DNA of 64,000 nt from an uncultured virus (IMG/VR IMGVR_UViG_3300045391_006705) (taxonomy: Duplodnaviria > Heunggongvirae > Uroviricota > Caudoviricetes), in the IMG/VR virus record IMGVR_UViG_3300045391_006705, one strand, 5' to 3'. This document shows positions 8,495 to 16,576 of this stretch, piece after piece; the first letter of the stretch is position 1; each line of letters starts with the position of its first letter. A program made the position numbers and the translations under genes. The notes beneath the pieces were generated by a model, which ran no database searches, was not told where the DNA came from, and saw only the letters and a list, made by a program, of their open reading frames with translations.

Positions 8495-8495
8495 T
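8487..8495 (+). promoter_or_regulatory. extended -10 promoter element TGnTATAAT
   Basis: TGGTATAAT at the short intergenic gap inside the array. Confidence 0.5.
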
Positions 8496-8522
8496 GGGCC
8501 TTGGGGCGTTAGTTTAGGCGCC

Positions 8523-8765
8523 ATGTTCAACCCGAGCCTGTCCGTCACGGAAGCCGCCGCCGCCAGCCTGCTGGACGGTTGGCTCGCGTGCAGCTGCGGC
8601 AACGACTGGTGGATGGCCCTCGGGTGGGATGTTGTGCTGACCCCAGGGCCGCCCAGCCGAGTGTGGTTCGCCTGCACCGACTGCGGCGTAGTTCGCAGCA
8701 GCCACGTGAACGTGCTGACCCAGCGGGCGGCTGGCGCGCCCTACCGGTTCCGGGTGGCGCGATGA
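8523..8765 (+). CDS. helix-Zn-ribbon family paralog 5
   Basis: TEAAAASLLDGWLA-CSC...CTDC. Confidence 0.8.
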   Translation: MFNPSLSVTEAAAASLLDGWLACSCGNDWWMALGWDVVLTPGPPSRVWFACTDCGVVRSSHVNVLTQRAAGAPYRFRVAR

Positions 8766-8986
8766 GGATCGAGTTCCAGCTGGACGCGACCCAGCTCCAG
8801 CAATTTTTGGCGACCGCCACGGGGATCAGCCGGTGCCGCTACCGGTGGTGTGGCGGCGAGTTGTCCCACCTCCGCCTCCAGGGCCGCCGGCCGTCGCGCG
8901 GCCCGTTCACGGTGACGGCGACGGTGTCGGGAGCCGAGGCGGCGGCGATGCGGCTCGCAGGCGCCGATTTCCGGATCGTGGGATGA
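8762..8986 (+). CDS. hypothetical protein inside the array (not clearly a paralog)
   Basis: ATGA overlaps at both ends; contains AEAAAMRLAG near its C-terminus. Confidence 0.65.
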   Translation: MRIEFQLDATQLQQFLATATGISRCRYRWCGGELSHLRLQGRRPSRGPFTVTATVSGAEAAAMRLAGADFRIVG

Positions 8987-9243
8987 GCGCCGCCTTCGCG
9001 GCCCAAAAGCTGACGGGCCTGGTGACATGCCCCGGCTGTTTGGGGATGGAGTGGGTGTTTGACTGGCGCACGGACGAGGAGCGGCGGCACTGGCACTGCG
9101 CCGGCTGCCAGCGCATCCTTCTCGAGGGCCGGGATCCCCGCCAGGCGGGCGTTTTCGTCCTGGTCGGCCCGCCTGCCTGGACCGTCGGCCACCGGCTCGG
9201 GTACAAGATCCCTTTTGCGGAGCAGCGGCTGGAGTTCCCGTGA
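8983..9243 (+). CDS. helix-Zn-ribbon family paralog 6
   Basis: AAFAAQKLTGLVT-CPGC...CAGC. Confidence 0.85.
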   Translation: MSAAFAAQKLTGLVTCPGCLGMEWVFDWRTDEERRHWHCAGCQRILLEGRDPRQAGVFVLVGPPAWTVGHRLGYKIPFAEQRLEFP

Positions 9244-9524
9244 CCGACGCCACGATGCTGGCGGCCTTCGCGGCCCAGGCCCTCAGCGGCGTGGTCACCT
9301 GCCCTAGCTGCTTGGGGGCGGAATGGGTGTTTGACCTCCCCGAAACGGATTGGCGGTGGCGCCACTGGCACTGCGCGGACTGCCAGCGCATCCTTCTCGA
9401 GGGCCGGGACCAGGACCCGCGTCGGGCGGCCTTTTTCGTCCTGGTCGGCCGACCCGCCTTCACCGCCTACCGGGAACCCAAGTACAGGATTCCTTTTGCG
9501 CAACAGCGGCTGGAGTTCCCGTGA
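9240..9524 (+). CDS. helix-Zn-ribbon family paralog 7 (recent duplicate of 6)
   Basis: CPSC...CADC; shares CQRILLEGRD and IPFAxQRLEFP with paralog 6. Confidence 0.85.
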   Translation: MTDATMLAAFAAQALSGVVTCPSCLGAEWVFDLPETDWRWRHWHCADCQRILLEGRDQDPRRAAFFVLVGRPAFTAYREPKYRIPFAQQRLEFP

Positions 9525-9733
9525 CCGAGGCCGAAGCCGCCGCCACGACGCTCCTCGACCGCTGGTATGACTGCCCCGAATGCGGCGGGGACCGGATGGC
9601 CGTCACCGAGCGCTCCGCCTACCGCGTGGTTTTCCGGTGCCTCGCCTGCTCGGCGCAGTTGAGCTGTGGCATCCTGTATTGGGAACGGAATGTGTGGCAC
9701 GAGCCTGGCGCCTTCCGGCTACGAATACAATGA
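9521..9733 (+). CDS. helix-Zn-ribbon family paralog 8
   Basis: TEAEAAATTLLDRWYD-CPEC...CLAC. Confidence 0.85.
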   Translation: MTEAEAAATTLLDRWYDCPECGGDRMAVTERSAYRVVFRCLACSAQLSCGILYWERNVWHEPGAFRLRIQ

Positions 9734-9954
9734 CCGAGGCCGAAGCCGCCGCCACGACGCTGCTCGACGGCTGGTACCGCTGTCCCTGCGGCGGGGACGA
9801 GTTCCGGGTCGCCGGGCAGATGGTGAGCGACGGCGGGCTCGTGTGCCTCGCCTGCCGGGCGCGGCACTCCTGCGGCCTCTATTACTGGCGGGGCCACCAT
9901 TGGCTGGTGCGGGACGGCGTGTACCGCATGCGGCGGGTCGGGTGGGTACGCTAA
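9730..9954 (+). CDS. helix-Zn-ribbon family paralog 9
   Basis: MTEAEAAATTLLDGWYR-CPC...CLAC. Confidence 0.85.
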   Translation: MTEAEAAATTLLDGWYRCPCGGDEFRVAGQMVSDGGLVCLACRARHSCGLYYWRGHHWLVRDGVYRMRRVGWVR

Positions 9955-10214
9955 CCGAGGCCGAGGCCGCCGCCGCGACGCTGGCCGACGCCTGGTTCCG
10001 CTGTCGGTACTGCGGCGAGGCTGAGTTCCGGCGTCTAGACGCCTGGGCGTTCGGCTGTGCGAACTGCTGGGCCGAGTTCCGCTGCGGCCCGGAGTTCTGG
10101 CACGCGAATCTCTGGCGAGTGGGGAACGTGTGCCGCCTGCGGGTGGAGAACGCAGCGCACGCGCGGCAGCTCGGGGACGTCTACCCATGGGACGGCGGAC
10201 GGGTGCGTGACTGA
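9942..10214 (+). CDS. helix-Zn-ribbon family paralog 10
   Basis: TEAEAAAATLADAWFR-CRYC...CANC. Confidence 0.8.
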   Translation: MGTLTEAEAAAATLADAWFRCRYCGEAEFRRLDAWAFGCANCWAEFRCGPEFWHANLWRVGNVCRLRVENAAHARQLGDVYPWDGGRVRD

Positions 10215-10431
10215 ATCGCGAGACGCGCGGTTGGCCGCCGCCAAGCTCCTCGACTCGCCCTGGATCCACTGCCCGGCCTGCGGCAGCGACACGTGGCTGT
10301 ACGTATATTTCACCGGGGTCCTATACCGTTGCGCCGAATGCCAGGCGGAGCAGCCGGCGCAGCAGGAGTCTTTCGAATGGGTCGTGCCGACCGACGTGAA
10401 CGACCTGCGCATCCGTCTGCGGCGGCCGTGA
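10207..10431 (+). CDS. helix-Zn-ribbon family paralog 11
   Basis: LAAAKLLDSPWIH-CPAC...CAEC. Confidence 0.85.
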   Translation: MTESRDARLAAAKLLDSPWIHCPACGSDTWLYVYFTGVLYRCAECQAEQPAQQESFEWVVPTDVNDLRIRLRRP

Positions 10432-10661
10432 GCGCGCTGCAAGCGGCGGCCCGCCTGGCCGGCTCGCCCTACGAAATGTGCCCCCGCTGCGCCGGCGACC
10501 TGTTCGGCAACCGGACCTCGGGCTACGACACCATGGAGACCTTCCAGTGCATCGCCTGCGGCTGCGGCATCGCGGTTCCCTACGGCACGTTCCAGCGCGA
10601 GTACGCGGGTGTGTACGAAGTCCCGCCCGACCGCTGCGAACTGCTGCGGCTCCGCCGGTGA
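10428..10661 (+). CDS. helix-Zn-ribbon family paralog 12
   Basis: LQAAARLAGSPYEM-CPRC...CIAC. Confidence 0.85.
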   Translation: MSALQAAARLAGSPYEMCPRCAGDLFGNRTSGYDTMETFQCIACGCGIAVPYGTFQREYAGVYEVPPDRCELLRLRR

Positions 10662-10897
10662 CCGACCCCGCCCTGGCGGCCGCCCGGCTCTGGGCCGCCG
10701 CCCTCGAGGATTCGCCCTGGATCCACTGCCCCGAGTGCGGTGGCGACGTGTGGCTCCTGCAGGGGTTCGCGTCGACGCCGTTGCGCTGCGCGGAATGCGG
10801 CGTCGGGCGGGCCTGGTGCCGGCACGGGTGGGATCACGACGGTCCGATCGATGGGCGCGTGCGGCTGTGGCGAGATTTCCGGTGGCTTCGGAAATGA
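10658..10897 (+). CDS. helix-Zn-ribbon family paralog 13
   Basis: AAALEDSPWIH-CPEC...CAEC. Confidence 0.85.
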   Translation: MTDPALAAARLWAAALEDSPWIHCPECGGDVWLLQGFASTPLRCAECGVGRAWCRHGWDHDGPIDGRVRLWRDFRWLRK

Positions 10898-11139
10898 GCG
10901 CCACCGACACCGCCCGCGCGGCGGCCGCCCTCCTGGGCACGCCGGTGCAGGTGACCTGCCCCGCCTGTCGCGGCGGGTTGTGGGCGGGGGTGCTGGCCTA
11001 CCCCCGCTGGTCGTTCGGCCGCTGCCTCTCGTGCGGCTGGTACGAACCGGTGGAGAGCGACCTCATTTCCTACACCGCTTTCGTCGGAGCCCCGCCGGGC
11101 GAATTGCGCGCCCGCCTCTGGGTGGAGCCCGCCAAATGA
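10894..11139 (+). CDS. helix-Zn-ribbon family paralog 14
   Basis: ARAAAALLGTPVQVT-CPAC...CLSC. Confidence 0.85.
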   Translation: MSATDTARAAAALLGTPVQVTCPACRGGLWAGVLAYPRWSFGRCLSCGWYEPVESDLISYTAFVGAPPGELRARLWVEPAK

Positions 11140-11345
11140 CCGACGTCCAGCGGGCCGCCACGCTGCTCACCGGCGCCTACCACTGCGCCTGCCTGGGCGA
11201 CCTCTGGTCCTACGACGTCTCGCGCCTCCGGTGGCGCTGCTGCGCTTGCGGAGCGGAGTTGGTGGTGCCGCCGGCGGACGCGCCCTACGGCCTGCGCCGC
11301 GACACCGCCCTGCCGATGACGGCGCCGCAGCGGCTGTCGGTCTAG
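11136..11345 (+). CDS. helix-Zn-ribbon family paralog 15
   Basis: MTDVQRAATLLTGAYH-CAC...CCAC. Confidence 0.8.
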   Translation: MTDVQRAATLLTGAYHCACLGDLWSYDVSRLRWRCCACGAELVVPPADAPYGLRRDTALPMTAPQRLSV

Positions 11346-11346
11346 C

Positions 11347-12423
11347 TCACCAACTCGAGCCCCCGCCCCCGCCCCCGAAGCTGTCCGACCCGCCGCCGCC
11401 CCAACTCGAGTCGCTCGACGAACTCGAGCTCGAATCGTAGCTGGAATAGCTCGACCGCCGGGATTCCTCCTCCGCTTCCTCCCGCCGCCGGCGTTCCGCT
11501 GCCTCGGCCGCCGCCAGGGCCGCCAGCCGTTCCTGCTCGGCCCGTTCCGCCAACTCGGCGGCCTGCTGGTCGGGGGTGAGGCCCGCCCACCGGACGCGCT
11601 CCCGTTCGGCCGCCTCGGCCGCCGCCTGCTGGCGCCGGGCCTCGGCCGCCTCGCGCTGCCGCTGGGCCTCGGCGTCCCGCAGCGCCTGGAGCCGCCGTTC
11701 CTCCGCCAACCGCCGCGCCTCCTCGGCCCGCCGCCGCGCGGCCCATGCGCGCCACCGGCGCCAGGCCAGGGCGGCCGGCACGGCGACGAGGGCCAGGAGC
11801 CCGAGCACCCAGCCCCACGGCACGTCAATCGGCCTGGACGGGGCGGGCGGGACCACGGGGACCTTGCTCGCCGCATGACGGCGGTCGAACTCCTGGGCGA
11901 TGGCCAGGAGGCCGCCGCCGTAGTCACCCGCCCGGAAGGCGGGGGCGGCGTCCCGGCAGGCCTGGGCCGCGTCGGCGTCCGTCATGTAGCCCTCCGACCC
12001 GGTGGCCACCTCCACCCGGCACTTGTGGCGGTCGAGCACTAGGAGCAGCACGCCGCCCGCGTGGCGGTTCTGGGAGCGGGAATCGGCGGCCTGGGCGACG
12101 AGCCACTTGCGCCCGATCTCGAGCGCCACGTCCGCCTCGTCCCGCTGGCCGGTAGTCGGCAGCACGACGGCGTACAGGGGCAGGGAGTCCCGGTCCCAGA
12201 TCCCGCGCAGCGCGGCCTCGAGGGCGGCGGGGTCCTTCACCGCCCCCGTCGGGTCGACGAGGCGGCCCGTCGGGGCGTCGGGGAACAGCGAGTCGACGCG
12301 GGCGTTGAGGCCGTGGAGCCGGGGTTCCTGCCCGGCGGCCGGGATGGGGAACAGGAGGCCGACGGCCAGGAGCAGGGCCGCCACGAGGGCGAGGCCGAGG
12401 GCCGACTTGGCGGGGCGCGTCAT
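11347..12423 (-). CDS. TPM-domain (YgcG-like) membrane protein
   Basis: Signal peptide; GVLLLV..RVEVATGSEGYMTD..F..GDY; TM helix; C-terminal SFGGGGGGSSW tail. Confidence 0.85.
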   Translation of the reverse strand: MTRPAKSALGLALVAALLLAVGLLFPIPAAGQEPRLHGLNARVDSLFPDAPTGRLVDPTGAVKDPAALEAALRGIWDRDSLPLYAVVLPTTGQRDEADVALEIGRKWLVAQAADSRSQNRHAGGVLLLVLDRHKCRVEVATGSEGYMTDADAAQACRDAAPAFRAGDYGGGLLAIAQEFDRRHAASKVPVVPPAPSRPIDVPWGWVLGLLALVAVPAALAWRRWRAWAARRRAEEARRLAEERRLQALRDAEAQRQREAAEARRQQAAAEAAERERVRWAGLTPDQQAAELAERAEQERLAALAAAEAAERRRREEAEEESRRSSYSSYDSSSSSSSDSSWGGGGSDSFGGGGGGSSW

Positions 12424-12605
12424 CGGACGGCGACCCGGTTGCGCGGCGTCTCGAAGTAGACCAAGCCGCTGGCGGCCTCCTGGAGGCGGTCAGCGAGTTG
12501 GTCGCGCACCCGTTCGACCTCGTCCCGCGTCAGGTATCGGTGGGCGGAGTCGATCACGGCCGTGATGCGCACGGCGCCGGCGTCGACCTCGATCTTCCGT
12601 TTCAT
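12420..12605 (-). CDS. hypothetical protein
   Basis: GAGG RBS; ATGA overlap with the TPM gene. Confidence 0.65.
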   Translation of the reverse strand: MKRKIEVDAGAVRITAVIDSAHRYLTRDEVERVRDQLADRLQEAASGLVYFETPRNRVAVR

Positions 12606-12661
12606 GTGGGTCCTCGTGGTGGTGTCCGGAACATAGACGCGCCGGGCCGCCGGGCGCAACC

Positions 12662-12693
12662 GCGTGATGTTCGGCGGGCCCCGGGCGTCTCTC
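12662..12693 (+). promoter_or_regulatory. class I promoter-like motif CGTGAT-N17-CGTCTCTC (copy 1 of 7)
   Basis: Identical boxes and spacing at 7 intergenic sites. Confidence 0.8.
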
Positions 12694-12716
12694 GTTCGGA
12701 ATTCACGGGAGGTCGG

Positions 12717-13304
12717 GTGGCGGAGGATCGCACGACGCAGTTTTCGGAGCTGTACCGGATCGGGGCCTCGACGCTCCGGCCGGAGCCGATCGTCTTCTAC
12801 AAGCCGAAGAAGACCGGCGACGGGGTGGCGGCGAAGTTCAACCTGACGCTCCGGCCGGTGTACGACCCGGAGGACGGCTTCGTGAAGGAGGTCGACGGGG
12901 GCCTGTTCCTGGACCTGGTGGCGCAGGGCGACACCAACGCGGCGGGCTTCCCGACGTTCAAGTGGACGGACCGGGACACCCTGATCACGGCGAAGTTCGG
13001 GCTGCCCGACGTGTCGGGCCTCCTGGCCGCGATCCGGGATTTTCGCGTCCGGGGCATCGAAGTAGCGACGTATCTACGGGGGAAGGACAAGACGAAGGGG
13101 AACGTGGTCTCGTTCTTCCACAAGTCCGGGGCGGCCGACACGACGGCGATCACCTATACGTTCGACGCCGAGTCGAGCGCCATGCGGCTGTCCAAGTCGC
13201 GGGAGAAGTCCCGGTCGGTGTCGCTGACGCTGGGGGAGGAACTCATCCTCCAGAAGTACCTCGAGTTCGCGCTCGACGCCTTCGTCCGCGTCGGCCTGCG
13301 GTGA
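12717..13304 (+). CDS. Whirly-like single-stranded nucleic-acid-binding protein
   Basis: Motif order FYK..GGLFLDL..FKW..AKFGLPDV..FFH..SVSLTLGEELIL parallels plant Whirly. Confidence 0.55.
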   Translation: MAEDRTTQFSELYRIGASTLRPEPIVFYKPKKTGDGVAAKFNLTLRPVYDPEDGFVKEVDGGLFLDLVAQGDTNAAGFPTFKWTDRDTLITAKFGLPDVSGLLAAIRDFRVRGIEVATYLRGKDKTKGNVVSFFHKSGAADTTAITYTFDAESSAMRLSKSREKSRSVSLTLGEELILQKYLEFALDAFVRVGLR

Positions 13305-13534
13305 ACCGCCGCGCCTGGGCGCTCCTCGCTCTCGGCGTGGCGGCGGTGGTTGGCGGCGGCTGCATCACGCTGCTCGGGGCGGCCTACGCCGTCCTCGGGG
13401 CCTGGTGGTTCGCGCTGCCGTTCCTTTCGGTCGGGTTCGCGCTGGGAAGCAGCGGCACAATCGCCGGGCTGACGGCCCTCCGCTCGCTCCTCGCCGGCCC
13501 GGATCCGGCCGAAAAGAATCCCGCCGATTCGTGA
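13301..13534 (+). CDS. small membrane protein (2 TM)
   Basis: GTGA overlap; hydrophobic. Confidence 0.65.
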   Translation: MNRRAWALLALGVAAVVGGGCITLLGAAYAVLGAWWFALPFLSVGFALGSSGTIAGLTALRSLLAGPDPAEKNPADS

Positions 13535-13709
13535 CGAATCGGCGCGTTGGTCGTAGTACGGGCGAGAAACGCGGCGGACCGCCGCGAATCCCGCCGCACC
13601 GCCCGTTCCGCTAGCAACCGGGCGCAAACACCGCTTCGATCGGCCGCAGTTCGGGGCTGATGGCGCCACAATTCGCTTCGATCGGCCGCACCTCGGGGCC
13701 GATGCGCGC
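13522..13709. repeat. 10-bp inverted repeat (13522-13544) and 42-bp-period direct repeat (13632, 13674)
   Basis: CGCCGATTCG-TGA-CGAATCGGCG; CGCTTCGATCGGCCGCA x2. Confidence 0.8.
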
Positions 13710-13750
13710 ATTTTCCGCCCTCGACGAGGGCGCTTTTGGGATACCAATCG

Positions 13751-14590
13751 ATGGGGATGACGAGGGAACGCTGCGCGGAACTCCTTTCGCGCGGGCTCGC
13801 TCGCGCGTTGGTGGCCGCCGGTCTGCCGCCCTTTGCGGTGACGACGGCGATGGTGCGCGAGTGGCTGCTCGAACCCGAGTTGGGGATAGGGGTTCAGTGT
13901 CGCTCTTCGACTGGCACTGCGCCGACCGCACCGACAGCGGCGACCAGCCAAGCCGCTGAGGGAACGCCGGAAGCGGCGCAGGGCGCTGCGGTAAATTCAA
14001 GGGCAACTGCCGAAGCGCACTGCGAAGAGCGGAGCACTGACTCGGAGACGCTCGCGCGATGGGCTGACGTCTGGCGCTATTGGCTCGAGCTCCTCGGCAA
14101 GGACCCGGCGACGGAGTGCGAGCCGAAGGCGCGGTCGAAGATCGTCGACCGTCTGGCCGCCGGCTTCACGCCGGCCGAATTGCAGGAGGCGCTCCAGCGC
14201 GCCCACCTCCAGCCGGCCCTGGTCCAGCGCAAGCGACTGCTGTCGCCCGCCCGGCCGCTGCAGTCGGACGAGCAGGTGTGCCGCCTCCTGGGCCGGCCGT
14301 ACAAGCGGGCGGCGCGGACGTGGCTCACGCCGTTCGAGGACGCCTGGCAGGCCGAGTACGGGGCGGGGTCGCTCGAGTACGGCGCCTTCGCCAAGTATGC
14401 GGCGCGGCTGGTGGGCGAGCTCGGCGGCCCCGCCGTGCTGGAGGAGTTCAAGGCCTACCTGCGCCAGACGCCGATCGAGTATGTGTCGTGGAGCAAGTTC
14501 GCCTCCGGCTGCGGGGCCGAGGGCGGGTGGCGCACGCGGCCAGGCCGCGCCTCGAAGCGCGCGAGCGCGGGCCTCGACAATGTCTGGTAG
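13751..14590 (+). CDS. putative replisome organiser/replication initiator
   Basis: VWRYW..KARSKIVDRLAAGFTPAEL..LSPARPL resembles the conserved phage replication-protein C-terminal domain. Confidence 0.5.
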   Translation: MGMTRERCAELLSRGLARALVAAGLPPFAVTTAMVREWLLEPELGIGVQCRSSTGTAPTAPTAATSQAAEGTPEAAQGAAVNSRATAEAHCEERSTDSETLARWADVWRYWLELLGKDPATECEPKARSKIVDRLAAGFTPAELQEALQRAHLQPALVQRKRLLSPARPLQSDEQVCRLLGRPYKRAARTWLTPFEDAWQAEYGAGSLEYGAFAKYAARLVGELGGPAVLEEFKAYLRQTPIEYVSWSKFASGCGAEGGWRTRPGRASKRASAGLDNVW

Positions 14591-14849
14591 CGTCCTGACG
14601 CCGGCCCAGGGCTCGGCCCTCCGCCGCCCCGATCCGGAGGCGGAGGCGGCGGCCGCCCGCCTCGCGGGCCTGGATCCGCCCCTGTTCTGCCGCTGCGGCT
14701 GGCACCTCTGGACCCTGTCCCCGGTTTGGGCGTGCTGGCACTGCGGCTGGCAGTTGCCTGTCGGTTTCCACGCCCCCGCGTGCGAGCGTTTCGCCTGCAT
14801 CGACGGGCCCGTGGCGCACGTCTGCCTCTACTTGCTGCGCGTCCCATAG
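14580..14849 (+). CDS. helix-Zn-ribbon family paralog 16
   Basis: EAEAAAARLAGLDPPLF-CRC...CWHC. Confidence 0.75.
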   Translation: MSGSVLTPAQGSALRRPDPEAEAAAARLAGLDPPLFCRCGWHLWTLSPVWACWHCGWQLPVGFHAPACERFACIDGPVAHVCLYLLRVP

Positions 14850-14867
14850 CCCCCACCAGGAGTCGCC

Positions 14868-15812
14868 ATGAAGCTCGCCGCCCTGCTGCTGTGCCTCGCC
14901 CTCCCGCTCGCCGCCCAGCGGCCCGCGCCGCGCCGGATCGAGTTCCGCACCCGCCCCTGGTTCGCGCAGAACGCGCGGAAGGTGCGGGGCGGGCACACGA
15001 GCGGCACGGGGATCTACTACCACGGCGGGCCGGTGCTCGGGGCCGGGACGCGCGTGGCGGCGGTCTACTGGGCCAACGGCGCGATCTACCGGGGCGGCCC
15101 GCAGCCCGGCGCCTTCGGCCCGGGGGCCGACGACGGGTCGCTCGTGGGCGCGTTCCTGCGCGGGCTCGGCGGCTCGCCCTACTACGCCATCAACACCACG
15201 TACACGGACCAGGGCGGCCTCGCGGTGGCCAACCGGGTCGACTACACGCAGTTCTGGGCGGCGGACGTCGGCGTGCCGGCGCCGGGGGCGGTCGCCTCGG
15301 ATGCCGACATGCTCGCGCTGCTCGAGCAGGGCTTCGCCACCGGGCGCCTGGTGTACGACGCCGGCACGGTGTACGCGGTGTTCACGGCCGGCTCGGTGAA
15401 CCTGGGCGGCGGGTTCGGGAGCCAGTACTGCGCCTACCACTCCTGGGGGTCCGTGACGGTGGCCGGGCGGTCGGTCACGGTGCTCTACGCCGCCATGCCG
15501 TACGACTGGTACCGCGCGGACGTCTGCTCGAGCGGCGCGGCGCCGGCCAACGGCGCCTACGACCCGGCGGCCGACGCCGAGGTGTCGACCCTGGCCCACG
15601 AGCTCGAGGAGGCGGCGACCGACGCCCTGGGCTCGGCCTGGTACGACCGCAACGGCTACGAGAACGCCGACAAGTGCGCCTGGACCTACGGGGCCACCTA
15701 CCAGACGGCGGCCGGCGGGGTGGCCAACATGCGCGTCGGCGGCTACGATTTCCTGGTCCAGCGCAATTGGGCGAACGCCGGCCCGGGCGGCTGCTACGTC
15801 GCCTGGCCCTGA
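14868..15812 (+). CDS. secreted Phi-1/EXORDIUM-like protein
   Basis: Signal peptide; YHGGPVL, YCAYHS, LAHELEEAATD, ENADKC, FLVQRNW motifs. Confidence 0.8.
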   Translation: MKLAALLLCLALPLAAQRPAPRRIEFRTRPWFAQNARKVRGGHTSGTGIYYHGGPVLGAGTRVAAVYWANGAIYRGGPQPGAFGPGADDGSLVGAFLRGLGGSPYYAINTTYTDQGGLAVANRVDYTQFWAADVGVPAPGAVASDADMLALLEQGFATGRLVYDAGTVYAVFTAGSVNLGGGFGSQYCAYHSWGSVTVAGRSVTVLYAAMPYDWYRADVCSSGAAPANGAYDPAADAEVSTLAHELEEAATDALGSAWYDRNGYENADKCAWTYGATYQTAAGGVANMRVGGYDFLVQRNWANAGPGGCYVAWP

Positions 15813-15867
15813 CCGGCGCGGGCGGCTATATTCGAGGGAATCCTAGCACGCCCCCGGACCCTTGGCA

Positions 15868-16113
15868 ATGCGCCTCGCCGACCTCCCGCGCCCCACGCCC
15901 GCCGACCTGGCGGCCGCCGCCCTGCTCGATTCCTGGCTCCGGTGCCCGGAGTGCGGGTCCGAGGCGGCGTGGGAGGGCGCGCTGGAGGGCGGGGACGAGG
16001 ACCCGCTCGTCGCCCTGCTCATCTGCTCCGCCTGCCTGCGCTTCCGCACCCACCACGCCCAGGGCCTCCTGGCCCTTCCGGACGACCACGGCGCCTGGCG
16101 GCTCTGCCGATGA
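15868..16113 (+). CDS. helix-Zn-ribbon family paralog 17
   Basis: ADLAAAALLDSWLR-CPEC...CSAC. Confidence 0.85.
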   Translation: MRLADLPRPTPADLAAAALLDSWLRCPECGSEAAWEGALEGGDEDPLVALLICSACLRFRTHHAQGLLALPDDHGAWRLCR

Positions 16114-16340
16114 GCTTGAACGCCCGGCAGTTGGCCGTGCGCACGGCCGCCCAGTTGGCGGGGGACCCGCCGCCGGTGGTGTGCCCGTGCGGGAGCGAGG
16201 AATGGCTCGCCGTTCCGGCCTGCGCCTGGACCTGCTGCGCCTGCGGGGCGCGGGTGTCCGATGGCCTGGGCTTTCGCGTCGTGTGGATGTCGATCCGGAG
16301 CGGCAGCCTCAGGTCCGTCTACCGCCTCCTGGAACGGTGA
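16110..16340 (+). CDS. helix-Zn-ribbon family paralog 18
   Basis: TAAQLAGDPPPVV-CPC...CCAC. Confidence 0.8.
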   Translation: MSLNARQLAVRTAAQLAGDPPPVVCPCGSEEWLAVPACAWTCCACGARVSDGLGFRVVWMSIRSGSLRSVYRLLER

Positions 16341-16576
16341 GCTGGGACGCCGAGGTGGCGGCCGCCAAGCTGCTGGGCGACCCCGTCCCGATCCCCTGCA
16401 GGGAATGCGGCGGCTGGCTGTGGCTGTTTGTGCGGCGGTCCCAGGGCGCGCTGGAGGAATGGCGGTGCGTCGGCTGCGGGTTCCGGTGGCGCATCCTCTC
16501 CCCCGCCGACGACTTCCCGGCCTACGACCACGTCGGCTACGACCCGGACGGGCCGGTCTACCGGCTCTACGAATGA
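16337..16576 (+). CDS. helix-Zn-ribbon family paralog 19
   Basis: AEVAAAKLLGDPVPIP-CREC...CVGC. Confidence 0.85.
   Translation: MSWDAEVAAAKLLGDPVPIPCRECGGWLWLFVRRSQGALEEWRCVGCGFRWRILSPADDFPAYDHVGYDPDGPVYRLYE

Noticed and set aside
8762..8986. Membership of this ORF in the Zn-ribbon family
   Set aside because: Lacks the paired CxxC motifs; the AEAAA helix is C-terminal.
7581..11345. Diversity-generating retroelement or integron as the source of the paralog array
   Set aside because: No reverse transcriptase, adenine-specific TR/VR pair, integrase or attC-like sites seen. Genes overlap directly, leaving no room for attC.
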